Part shown: positions 40,492 through 47,730 of the stretch, one piece after another | Position numbering within the stretch: the first letter of the stretch is position 1 | Layout: each line of letters starts with the position of its first letter | Origin: Candidatus Omnitrophota bacterium | Lineage (GTDB): Bacteria; Omnitrophota; Gorgyraeia; Gygaellales; JAMWCP01 | Assembly: GCA_023819505.1 (NCBI GenBank) | Contig: JAMWCN010000001.1 | Location: 1 to 47,730, forward strand | Reading direction: 5' to 3' | DNA length: 47,730 nt | Made by a program: the position numbers and the translations under genes | The notes under the pieces: model-generated | Database searches by the model: none | Told to the model about the DNA's origin: nothing | The model's input: only the letters and a program-made list of their open reading frames with translations

Positions 40492-41904
40492 ATGGAAGAG
40501 AGAAGATTTTTTTTAGCTTTAATTCTTTCTTTATTAGTAATCTTTAGTTGGTATAGATGGGTTTCTAAATTCTATCATATTGAAAAACAAGAACTTACAG
40601 AAATAAATCCTTCTTTTACCCTTTCTTTATCCGAACCTGAAAAAGAAGAGAAAATCAATTGGTTTAAAAATGAGATAATTTTTGAACCTTCTTTAGGTAC
40701 AATTAATAAAATTATCTTTAAAGAATTTCAAAATTATGAATTTATTCTCAAAGAGGGGTTTTTATTAAGATTAAATAATCTTAATTTAAAAAATTTTTAT
40801 GAAGATAAAGAAAAAAAGATAATTAAAGAGTTTAATTTTTCTAACCATAATTATTGCATAGACTTAAGAATAAAATTTCAAAATTTAACCTCCTCTCCTT
40901 TATTAATTAAACCAGAATTAGTGCTTCTTACTTTACCATCTACAGGTTCTTTAGAGACACGGTTTTGGGAAGTGGCTTTAAAACAAGAATTAAATATTTT
41001 TCGTACTTCTCCTTCTAAAAACTTTTTATTAAAAGAGGTAGAAATCTTAGCTTTTCGCAATCAATATTTTTGTATGATTATTGAATCCAAAGACTTACAA
41101 AAATTTACTGCTTTTATAAATAAAGCTAATAAAGAAATCGGGATTATTCCCCAAATAGAAATTCCTGAAAATCAAGAAAAAGAATTAAATTTTCTTATCT
41201 ATATAGGACCTCAAGACTTAGAAAAAATTACTTCTTTAAATAAAGAATGGAATTTTGTTTTATATTATGGATTTTTTAATAGTATCTCTAAAGGAATTCT
41301 TTATTTATTAAGATTTTTTTATAAAATTTTTCAAAATTGGGGTATTGCTTTAATCATTTTAAGTATATTTATTTATTTCTTACTCTATCCTTTGACTTTT
41401 AAACAAATCTCTTCATTAAAAAAGATTCAGAAGTTACAGCCACAAATAGAAGAATTAAAAAGAAATTATAAAAATAATCCTCAAAGATTAAATAAAGAAA
41501 TCTTAGAATTATATAAAAAAGAAGGGATAAATCCTTTTGGAGGTTGTTTACCTTTAATTTTACAAATTCCTATATTCTTTGCTCTTTATCAAGCTTTAAT
41601 GCGGGCTTGGGAATTAAAAGGAAAAAGTTTCTTATGGATTAAAGATCTTTCTAAGCCAGATGAGATAATTATTTTTGGTAAGAGTATTCATCTTTTACCT
41701 CTAATTTTAATATTGGTAATGTTTATACAGCAAAAACGTTCTCAAATAATTACTTCTTCTGAAAGAGAACAGCAAAAATTAATCACTTTAATTTTCCCCT
41801 TTTTAATTGGGATAATTTTTTATTCTCTTCCTTCAGGATTAGTTCTTTATTGGCTAATAAATACTCTTTTATTAACTCTATTTCAATCTGGTTTGAAAAA
41901 ATGA
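40492..41904 (+). CDS. yidC: membrane protein insertase YidC
   Basis: N-terminal TM, periplasmic domain, then the 60-kDa insertase core (NWGIALIILSIFIYFLLYPL, MQKLQP-like KIQKLQPQIEELK, GGCLPLILQIPIFFALY, LVLYWLINTLL). Confidence 0.93.
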   Translation: MEERRFFLALILSLLVIFSWYRWVSKFYHIEKQELTEINPSFTLSLSEPEKEEKINWFKNEIIFEPSLGTINKIIFKEFQNYEFILKEGFLLRLNNLNLKNFYEDKEKKIIKEFNFSNHNYCIDLRIKFQNLTSSPLLIKPELVLLTLPSTGSLETRFWEVALKQELNIFRTSPSKNFLLKEVEILAFRNQYFCMIIESKDLQKFTAFINKANKEIGIIPQIEIPENQEKELNFLIYIGPQDLEKITSLNKEWNFVLYYGFFNSISKGILYLLRFFYKIFQNWGIALIILSIFIYFLLYPLTFKQISSLKKIQKLQPQIEELKRNYKNNPQRLNKEILELYKKEGINPFGGCLPLILQIPIFFALYQALMRAWELKGKSFLWIKDLSKPDEIIIFGKSIHLLPLILILVMFIQQKRSQIITSSEREQQKLITLIFPFLIGIIFYSLPSGLVLYWLINTLLLTLFQSGLKK

Positions 41905-42083
41905 GCAGAACAAGAGTAATAGAAATAGAAGGTAAAACAATTAAAGAAGCAATTCAGAAAGCATTAAAAGAGATAAAACTTCCTTTAAACCGCATTAAGA
42001 TTCAAATTTTAAGAGAGGAAGAAAAAGGATTATTTAAATTATCTGGAGCAAAATCTGCAAAAATAAGAATTTTGATAAAATAA
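41901..42083 (+). CDS. Jag/KhpB N-terminal domain-only protein (60 aa)
   Basis: MSRTRVIEIEGKTIKEAIQKALKEIKLPLNRIKIQILREEEKGLF... matches Jag_N. The ATG overlaps the yidC TGA (ATGA). No KH or R3H region follows. The track start at 41850 lies inside yidC. Confidence 0.6.
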   Translation: MSRTRVIEIEGKTIKEAIQKALKEIKLPLNRIKIQILREEEKGLFKLSGAKSAKIRILIK

Positions 42084-42089
42084 TTTCTC

Positions 42090-42117
42090 TTGACAAATTT
42101 TAATTTTAAGTTAAAAT
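42090..42117 (+). promoter_or_regulatory. promoter upstream of parA (TTGACA-16-TAAAAT)
   Basis: ttgaca at 42090..42095, taaaat at 42112..42117. Confidence 0.45.
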
Positions 42118-42120
42118 AAA

Positions 42121-42140
42121 AATGTTTCTTGAGGAACATT
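42121..42140. promoter_or_regulatory. 8-4-8 imperfect palindrome AATGTTTC-TTGA-GGAACATT (operator or degenerate parS-like site)
   Basis: Read directly, with one arm mismatch. The core TGTTTCTTGAGGAACA matches parS TGTTTCACGTGAAACA at 12/16. It lies just downstream of the -10. Confidence 0.4.
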
Positions 42141-42160
42141 TTGTAAGTATATAATTTACA

Positions 42161-42991
42161 ATGGGTAAGATAATTGCAATCTGTAATCAAAAAGGAGGAA
42201 CAGGAAAGACTACCAGTGCAATAAATTTAGCCAGTTATATAGCTCTGGAAGGAAAGAAAGTTTTATTAATTGACCTTGATCCCCAGGCAAATGCTACTAG
42301 TGGTTTAGGAATAAATAAATATAAAGTAGAAAAAAGTACCTATCATGTAATATTAGAAGAAACTCCTTTAAAAGAAATTCTTCAATCTACCCCTATAGAA
42401 AATCTTTGGCTTGCTCCTGCAAATATAGATCTTACAGGAGCAGAAATAGAATTGGTAGGAATATGGGGAAGAGAGAATTGCTTAAAAAGAAAATTATTTC
42501 CTTTAAAAGAAGAATTTGATTTTATTTTTATTGATTCTCCTCCTTCTTTAGGTCTCTTAACTATAAATGCCTTATGCGCAGCTGAATCTATACTTATTCC
42601 TGTACAATGTGAATATTATGCTTTAGAGGGGCTGACTCAACTTCTTAAAACAATTGCACTTGTAAGAGAAAATCTCAATTCCAATTTAACGATTGAAGGT
42701 GTGTTCTTAACTATGGCAGATTTTCGTACCAATTTAACCCACGAAGTTATCGCAGAAGTAAAACGTTTTTTTTCTGGAAATCCTCAATTGGGTTCATATT
42801 TTTGTGCTCCGGTATTTGAAACAATTATACCCCGGAGTATCCGTTTAAGTGAAGCTCCTAGTTTTGGCAAACCCATTGTTTTATACGATAAGGATTCCAC
42901 AGGAGCACAAAAATATGCAGAATTAGCTAAAGAATTAATAATGAATAATCAAAAAAAGGAGCAAGGAGATGGAAAAGAAAAGTTTAGGTAG
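42161..42991 (+). CDS. parA: chromosome partitioning ATPase ParA/Soj
   Basis: IAICNQKGGTGKTT deviant Walker A, LLIDLDPQANAT, IFIDSPPSLG. Confidence 0.94.
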   Translation: MGKIIAICNQKGGTGKTTSAINLASYIALEGKKVLLIDLDPQANATSGLGINKYKVEKSTYHVILEETPLKEILQSTPIENLWLAPANIDLTGAEIELVGIWGRENCLKRKLFPLKEEFDFIFIDSPPSLGLLTINALCAAESILIPVQCEYYALEGLTQLLKTIALVRENLNSNLTIEGVFLTMADFRTNLTHEVIAEVKRFFSGNPQLGSYFCAPVFETIIPRSIRLSEAPSFGKPIVLYDKDSTGAQKYAELAKELIMNNQKKEQGDGKEKFR

Positions 42992-43802
42992 AGGAATTGA
43001 GGCATTAATTCCTACTTCTGAGAAATGTGAAAAAGCGATTTATATTAGATTAGAAGAAATAAAACCTAATCCTTATCAAGCACGTCAAGAATTTGATGAG
43101 GAAAGTCTTCAAGAATTATGCCAATCTATTCAGGAGAAGGGCTTACTTCAACCTGTAATTGTACGTAAGAAAGCAGATGGTTATGAATTAATTGCTGGGG
43201 AGAGGAGATGGCGCGCAGCTAAGTTATTGAATATCAAAGAGATACCAGCAATTATTCGTGAAGCAGATGAAAAGGAAACTTTAGAGCTTTCCTTAATTGA
43301 AAATTTACAAAGAAAGGATTTAAATCCTATTGAGGAAGCAAAAGCTTTTCAATATTTAATAGAAAAATTTGGTTTAACCCAAGAAGAAATAAGTCGTTTA
43401 GTAGGGAAATCGCGCGTTTCTATAACTAATCTTTTAAGATTATTAAAATTACCTCTGGAAATTCAAGAAGAGATAAGAAAAGGAAGAATCTCTTTTACCC
43501 ATGGGCGCTTGCTTTTAGAAGTAGAAGAACCGAATCAGCAAAGGTTACTTGCTCAGAAAATTATCTCTAAGTCATTGTCAATAAAAGACTTAGAAAATTT
43601 AATCCGAAAAGTCTCTCCTAAGAAGCCAAAAACTAAAAAACCCCTTGATCCTTATTTGTTAGCATGGCAACAAGAACTACAAAGAATTTTTGGCACTAAA
43701 GTTAATATCTTTAAAGGTAAAAAACATGGATTTATTAAAATTGAATTCTACTCTTCAGAAGAGTTAGAAAGGTTATTAGAACTCTTAAGGAGGTTAAGTT
43801 AA
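42969..43802 (+). CDS. parB: chromosome partitioning protein ParB/Spo0J
   Basis: LGRGIEALIP, PNPYQARQEFDEESLQEL, IAGERRWRAAK (CTP/arginine patch), HTH region. Confidence 0.94.
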   Translation: MEKKSLGRGIEALIPTSEKCEKAIYIRLEEIKPNPYQARQEFDEESLQELCQSIQEKGLLQPVIVRKKADGYELIAGERRWRAAKLLNIKEIPAIIREADEKETLELSLIENLQRKDLNPIEEAKAFQYLIEKFGLTQEEISRLVGKSRVSITNLLRLLKLPLEIQEEIRKGRISFTHGRLLLEVEEPNQQRLLAQKIISKSLSIKDLENLIRKVSPKKPKTKKPLDPYLLAWQQELQRIFGTKVNIFKGKKHGFIKIEFYSSEELERLLELLRRLS

Positions 43803-43804
43803 AT

Positions 43805-44311
43805 ATGGCAATTCAGGCAACTTTAATCTTAATTAAACCTGATGGATTAAAAAAGTCTCTGACTGGCAATATCTTAACCCGACTTTCAGAAACAAAACTG
43901 GAGATAGTGGGTGCTAAAATTGTGAGGGTATCCAGAGAATTAGCTGAGGAACATTATAAGCATTTAAAGGATAAGCCTTTTTTTGAAGATTTAATTAAGT
44001 ATATCCAAGGAGAATTTCATGGGCGTAGGAAAGTGATGGCTTTAGTCTATTGGGGAGAAGATGCAATTTCTAAATGCCGAACTTTAGCAGGAGCAACTAA
44101 TCCTGAAGAAGCAGACCCCACCACTATCAGAGGTGCTTATGGAAGGATAACTACTTCCGGAGTATATGAGAATGTAATCCATGTCTCAGCAAATGAGAAA
44201 GAGGCAGAAAGGGAAATAAAACTTTGGTTTAAACCTGACGAAATAATTGTAAATATTTATCCTACTAAAGAAATAATTGAGAAAGAAAAGAAGGTACGTA
44301 TCTGGGCTTAA
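43805..44311 (+). CDS. ndk: nucleoside-diphosphate kinase (divergent, with C-terminal extension)
   Basis: LILIKPDG, EEHYKHLKDKPFF, GATNPEEADPTTIRGAYG, NVIHVSANEKEAEREIKLWF. The Lys, Tyr, Arg, Asn, His, Ser and Glu catalytic positions are retained, but HGSDS reads HVSAN. Confidence 0.8.
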   Translation: MAIQATLILIKPDGLKKSLTGNILTRLSETKLEIVGAKIVRVSRELAEEHYKHLKDKPFFEDLIKYIQGEFHGRRKVMALVYWGEDAISKCRTLAGATNPEEADPTTIRGAYGRITTSGVYENVIHVSANEKEAEREIKLWFKPDEIIVNIYPTKEIIEKEKKVRIWA

Positions 44312-44328
44312 AAAGAAAGGATAAAGGT

Positions 44329-45150
44329 ATGCTTAAGAGTATGACTGGGTATGGAAAGAAAACTTTAAAAGATAACTTCTTAGGAGAGATAGAGTTAGAG
44401 ATAAAGAGTAGCAATCACCGTTATCTGGAGATAGTATTTGATATTCCTGAAAGTTTTACTTACTTAGAAGAATTTTTTAGAAAAGAGATAAAAAGAAAGG
44501 TTAAGCGCGGAAGGCTCAATCTTTCTTTAAAGGTTGAAACTTTCCTCCTGCCAGATATAAGTTTAAATAAAGCTCTTTTAAAAAAATACTATTTTATCTT
44601 TCAGGAACTAAGAGATTCATTCCCTTTAAAGGAGGAACTGAATTTGGATACTCTGTTGAATCTGCCAGGGATAATAGATATAAAAAATAAATACTCTTTT
44701 AAAAAAAATTCTTTAATAAAAAGAATATTTAAGGATTCTCTTAAGATTTTTCTGGAGAGTAGAAAGAAAGCAGGAAAATTTATCTATGAGGATTTAAATA
44801 AAAGGATTAAGTTCTTAAAGGAGAATATAAAAACAATCCAGAAGATAAAACCTAAGTTATTGAAGGAAAAATTAGATTTAATAGAAGAAGAGGAAGAAAA
44901 GATTAATTTTCTTAAAAATACTGATATCACTGAGGAGCTTAATCTCTTAAAATTTTATATCCGGAATTTTGAAAGTAAACTAAGACTTGCTTCTAGTATT
45001 GGTAAGGAATTAGATTTTATTCTTCAGGAGATGCAGAGGGAAATAAATACTATGGGAGCAAAAGTTTTTCATCCCAATTTGGCAAATCAAGTTTTAAAGA
45101 TGAAAGTAGAACTGGAGAAGATGCGGGAAGAGGTTCAGAATGTGGAATAA
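44329..45150 (+). CDS. yicC: YicC family stress-induced protein
   Basis: MLKSMTGYGK N-terminus, SSNHRYLE, C-terminal EMQREINTMGAK motif. Confidence 0.85.
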   Translation: MLKSMTGYGKKTLKDNFLGEIELEIKSSNHRYLEIVFDIPESFTYLEEFFRKEIKRKVKRGRLNLSLKVETFLLPDISLNKALLKKYYFIFQELRDSFPLKEELNLDTLLNLPGIIDIKNKYSFKKNSLIKRIFKDSLKIFLESRKKAGKFIYEDLNKRIKFLKENIKTIQKIKPKLLKEKLDLIEEEEEKINFLKNTDITEELNLLKFYIRNFESKLRLASSIGKELDFILQEMQREINTMGAKVFHPNLANQVLKMKVELEKMREEVQNVE

Positions 45151-45760
45151 AAATTTAATATTTGTAATCTCTGGTCCTTCTGGTTCAGGAAAGACAACCC
45201 TTATAAAGGCGATCTTAAAAGATAAAGAACTGAAGAAAAATTTGCTCCGTTCAGTTTCCTTTACTACTCGCGCTAAGAGAAAAGGAGAGATAGATGGCAG
45301 AGATTACTTCTTTATTAGTGAAGAAGAATTTAAAGAGAAATTAAAGAGAAAAAAAATACTTGAATGGACGCGTTTTTTAGATTACTATTATGGAACATCT
45401 CTAGATTATTTTAAAGCTCTTTTAAAGAAGAAAAAACCTATCCTTCTCTGTTTGGACGAGAAGGGTGCTTTAAAAATAAAAAGAATCTTTGGTAAAAAAA
45501 GAGTAGTTACTATATTTGTGATTCCTCCGAAATTAAAAGAATTAGCAGAGAGGATAGCTTTGCGTCACCAAGGTTTAGATGAGGAAGAAATTAACAGAAG
45601 GCTATTTTTAGCAAAAGAGCAGATAAAAAATGCTTACCTTTACGATTATCAATTGATAAATGATAATTTTAAAAAAGCTTTAAAAGAATTAAAAGGTATA
45701 ATTTTAAAAGAGATAGAGGCTAAATATGGGCTATGTTCCTTTAGAGAAACTTTTAGATAA
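45140..45760 (+). CDS. gmk: guanylate kinase
   Basis: ISGPSGSGKTTL, SFTTRAKRKGEIDGRDYFFIS. Confidence 0.92.
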   Translation: MWNKNLIFVISGPSGSGKTTLIKAILKDKELKKNLLRSVSFTTRAKRKGEIDGRDYFFISEEEFKEKLKRKKILEWTRFLDYYYGTSLDYFKALLKKKKPILLCLDEKGALKIKRIFGKKRVVTIFVIPPKLKELAERIALRHQGLDEEEINRRLFLAKEQIKNAYLYDYQLINDNFKKALKELKGIILKEIEAKYGLCSFRETFR

Positions 45761-45926
45761 AGCGGATAATTCAGTTTATAAATTAGTAGTGATGGCTTCT
45801 AAAAGGGCAATTGAGATCGCTGAAGGTCAACCCCCTTTAGTGAAAGAAACTGATTCTTTACAGCCATCTACGATAGCATTAGAAGAGATCGCTAGAGCTA
45901 AAGTGAAATTAAAAAAGAATAAATGA
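45726..45926 (+). CDS. rpoZ: DNA-directed RNA polymerase subunit omega
   Basis: 66 aa. NSVYKLVVMASKRAIEI. Canonical gmk-rpoZ synteny. Confidence 0.85.
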   Translation: MGYVPLEKLLDKADNSVYKLVVMASKRAIEIAEGQPPLVKETDSLQPSTIALEEIARAKVKLKKNK

Positions 45927-46459
45927 AGAAAAAAGAAATAATTTTGGGGGTAACTGCTAGTATCGCTATATATAAAGCCTGCGAGCTTATCCGTAGACTA
46001 AGAGAGATAGGATTTAATGTTACAGTGGTGATGACTAAAGAGGCAAAGAGATTAATTTTACCTTTACTTTTTGAGAATCTTTCTGGAAATAGAGTTTACA
46101 GTGAACTTTTTAAAAAAGATGATTTTGATATAAAACATATAAGTTTAGCAGAGAGGGCAGATTTAGTTTTGATTGCTCCTGCTACCGCTAATATCATTGG
46201 CAAAATTGCTTCTGGTATTGCTGATGATCTTTTAAGTTGTATAATTTTAGCTACAAGAGCAAAGGTAATTTTCTGCCCTGCTATGGATGAAAATATGTAC
46301 AATAATAAAGTTGTGCAGGAAAATATAAGAAAACTTAAGTCCTACGGATATAAATTTATCGGTCCAGAAAAAGGTAAACTTGCTTCAGGCAAAATAGGTA
46401 GAGGTCGTTTAGCAGACCTTGATAATATTATTAAGGAGGTAAAAACCACTTTAAGTTAA
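45923..46459 (+). CDS. HFCD-family flavoprotein, CoaC (phosphopantothenoylcysteine decarboxylase)-like, stand-alone
   Basis: ILGVTASIAIYKACELIRRL, KHISLAE (His retained), IAPATANIIGKIASGIADDLL. However PAMDENMY and KLASGKIGRGR replace PAMNxxM(W/Y) and ACGxxGxGR. No CoaB domain. Confidence 0.65.
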   Translation: MKKKEIILGVTASIAIYKACELIRRLREIGFNVTVVMTKEAKRLILPLLFENLSGNRVYSELFKKDDFDIKHISLAERADLVLIAPATANIIGKIASGIADDLLSCIILATRAKVIFCPAMDENMYNNKVVQENIRKLKSYGYKFIGPEKGKLASGKIGRGRLADLDNIIKEVKTTLS

Positions 46460-46460
46460 T

Positions 46461-46532
46461 GGCGTGGTAGCCAAGTGGAAAGGCAGCGGTCTGCAAAACC
46501 GCTATTCACCGGTTCGAATCCGGTCCACGCCT
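46461..46532 (+). tRNA. tRNA-Cys (anticodon GCA), no encoded CCA
   Basis: GGCGTGG/TA/GCCA...AGGC/A/GCGGT-CTGCAAA-ACCGC/TATTC/ACCGG-TTCGAAT-CCGGT/CCACGCC/T. Starts 1 nt after the coaC-like stop codon. Confidence 0.9.
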
Positions 46533-46544
46533 TCTATAATAAAA

Positions 46545-46629
46545 GGGCAAGTGGCGGAATGGCATACGCACAGGACTTAAAATCCTGGGTCCTTTAAAGG
46601 ACGTGAGGGTTCGACTCCCTCCTTGCCCA
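46545..46629 (+). tRNA. tRNA-Leu (anticodon UAA), long variable arm, no encoded CCA
   Basis: GGGCAAG...CAGGA-CTTAAAA-TCCTG, variable arm GGTCCTTTAAAGGACGT, GAGGG-TTCGACT-CCCTC, CTTGCCC-A. Confidence 0.9.
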
Positions 46630-46649
46630 TAAAACAAAAAGAAAAATTT

Positions 46650-46723
46650 GGGCGGTTGGCGCAGTTGGTTAGCGCGTTAGTTTGACATACTAAAGGTCAC
46701 AGGTTCGAGTCCTGTACCGCCCA
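46650..46723 (+). tRNA. tRNA-Val (anticodon GAC), no encoded CCA
   Basis: GGGCGGT/TG/GCGC-AGTTGGTT-AGCGC/G/TTAGT-TTGACAT-ACTAA/AGGTC/ACAGG-TTCGAGT-CCTGT/ACCGCCC/A. Confidence 0.9.
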
Positions 46724-46735
46724 ATTAAAGCAAAA

Positions 46736-47730
46736 ATGGATCTGGAGACCTTAAGACATTCCTGCTCACATATAATGGCACAGGCAGTAAAAGAGATTTG
46801 GCCTAAGACGAAACTAGGTATTGGTCCAGCGATTGAGGATGGTTTTTATTACGATTTTGATAAAAAGGAACCCTTTTTACCCCAGGATCTAACGAAGATA
46901 GAGGAGAAGATGAAAAAGATCATCGAAGAGGACCTCCCCTTTATAAAAGAGGAAGTTTCTAAAGAGGAGGCAAAGAAATTATTTAAGAAATTGAATGAAG
47001 ACTATAAACTCCTACTGATTGAAGAGATCCCTGATAAAAAGGTAACTGTATATAAAACAGGAGAAAGATTTATAGATCTATGTAAAGGACCCCATGTGGA
47101 ATCTACAGGTAAGATAAAATATTTTAAACTCCTTTCCATCGCAGGTGCATACTGGCATGGGATAGAAACAAATCCCATGCTTTCTCGTATATATGGGACA
47201 TGCTTTGAGACAAAAGAAGAGCTAAATAATTACCTTAAAAATTTAGAAGAGGCAAAGAAACGTGACCACCGTAAGTTAGGTCCTAATTTAGGTTATTTTG
47301 ATATCTATTATCAAGAAGCAGGTGCAGGGCTTGTCTTTTATCATCCTAAAGGGGCTATTTTAAGAAATATCATAGAGGATTTTTTAAAGAAAGTTCATAT
47401 AGAAAAAGGTTATCAATTAGTTAATACTCCTCATATTATGCAGGCAGAACTTTGGAAGATCTCAGGGCACCTAGATTATTATCGAGAGAATATGTATACA
47501 TTTAAAAGTGAAGGAAAAGATTTTGTTTTAAAACCGATGAATTGCCCTGGGCATATCCTTATCTATAAATCTAAGATAAGAAGCTATAAAGACCTACCTT
47601 TAAGATTATTTGAATTGGGGACAGTTTACCGCAATGAGAAAGCAGGTGTCTTACATGGTCTTCTACGTGTAAAAGGATTTACTCAAGACGATGCTCATAT
47701 ATTCTGTCTTCCCGAACAATTAAAAGGAGA
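46736..47730 (+). CDS. thrS: threonine--tRNA ligase, starting in the editing domain (no TGS domain), 3' end beyond window
   Basis: Not in the ORF track because there is no stop. My translation is [23 protein letters not shown]...DLCKGPHV...RDHRKLG...MNCPGH...FTQDDAHIF, which carries ThrRS editing, class II and Zn-site motifs. Confidence 0.93.
   Translation, partial: MDLETLRHSCSHIMAQAVKEIWPKTKLGIGPAIEDGFYYDFDKKEPFLPQDLTKIEEKMKKIIEEDLPFIKEEVSKEEAKKLFKKLNEDYKLLLIEEIPDKKVTVYKTGERFIDLCKGPHVESTGKIKYFKLLSIAGAYWHGIETNPMLSRIYGTCFETKEELNNYLKNLEEAKKRDHRKLGPNLGYFDIYYQEAGAGLVFYHPKGAILRNIIEDFLKKVHIEKGYQLVNTPHIMQAELWKISGHLDYYRENMYTFKSEGKDFVLKPMNCPGHILIYKSKIRSYKDLPLRLFELGTVYRNEKAGVLHGLLRVKGFTQDDAHIFCLPEQLKG

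Noticed and set aside
41850-41900. Upstream extension of the Jag_N ORF
   Set aside because: It lies within the yidC coding sequence. The ATG at 41901 overlaps the yidC stop, and the Jag_N similarity starts there.
43805-44311. Ndk as a pseudoenzyme because HGSDS reads HVSAN
   Set aside because: The phospho-His and the Lys, Tyr, Arg, Asn, Ser and Glu catalytic positions are all retained. The changes affect less critical neighbours, so it is most likely an active but divergent Ndk.
46461-46723. tRNA cluster as an integration hotspot or genomic-island boundary
   Set aside because: No integrase, no duplicated tRNA 3' fragment (att-like direct repeat), and housekeeping genes on both sides.

Overview
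AT-rich, very gene-dense chromosomal window from a diderm bacterium (MurJ, LptE, BamD-like protein, long-form GyrB). Many genes look domain-minimised, and the window spans the replication-origin region. From about 40.0 kb leftwards almost everything is on the minus strand. The order is dnaA, dnaN, DUF721/DciA, gyrB, gyrA, tRNA-Glu, a GATase-less GMP synthase subunit, glmS, rsmI and an FkbM methyltransferase. A PyrR-attenuator-led pyrimidine operon follows. Its Bacillus-like backbone (pyrR-pyrB-pyrC-carA-carB-pyrK-pyrD-pyrF) is interrupted at most junctions by cargo genes: Mut7-C plus EndoQ, tRNA-Arg, a TIGR00725/LOG-like gene, YjbQ, MutM, and GT2 plus MFS plus a half-size TSUP. It runs through a 4-nt ATGA overlap into a 9-gene V/A-type ATPase operon (H-I-K-E-C-F-A-B-D) whose c subunit carries the Na+-binding signature. 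Further left lie csp (+), bamD-like/lptE/holA (-), rpsT (+) and murJ (-, cut by the window edge). Rightwards of the origin, on the plus strand, are rpmH, yidD (no rnpA between them), yidC, a Jag N-domain-only ORF, parA, parB, ndk, yicC, gmk, rpoZ, a CoaC-like flavoprotein, tRNA-Cys/Leu/Val and thrS (cut by the window edge). I found no rRNA, CRISPR array, transposase, integrase or recognisable defence island. The most interesting signals are at residue or structure level: (1) carA has lost all three glutaminase triad residues, and guaA lacks its amidotransferase domain, which points to ammonia-dependent nucleotide synthesis; (2) a mosaic 25-CDS pyr/V-ATPase gene string; (3) an abutting Mut7-C/EndoQ pair; (4) perfect heptanucleotide tandem repeats inside pyrK; (5) rnpA missing from its canonical slot; (6) a CoaC-like protein with substitutions at two catalytic positions. 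All homology calls come from reading the translated ORFs and recalling family motifs. No database search was run.
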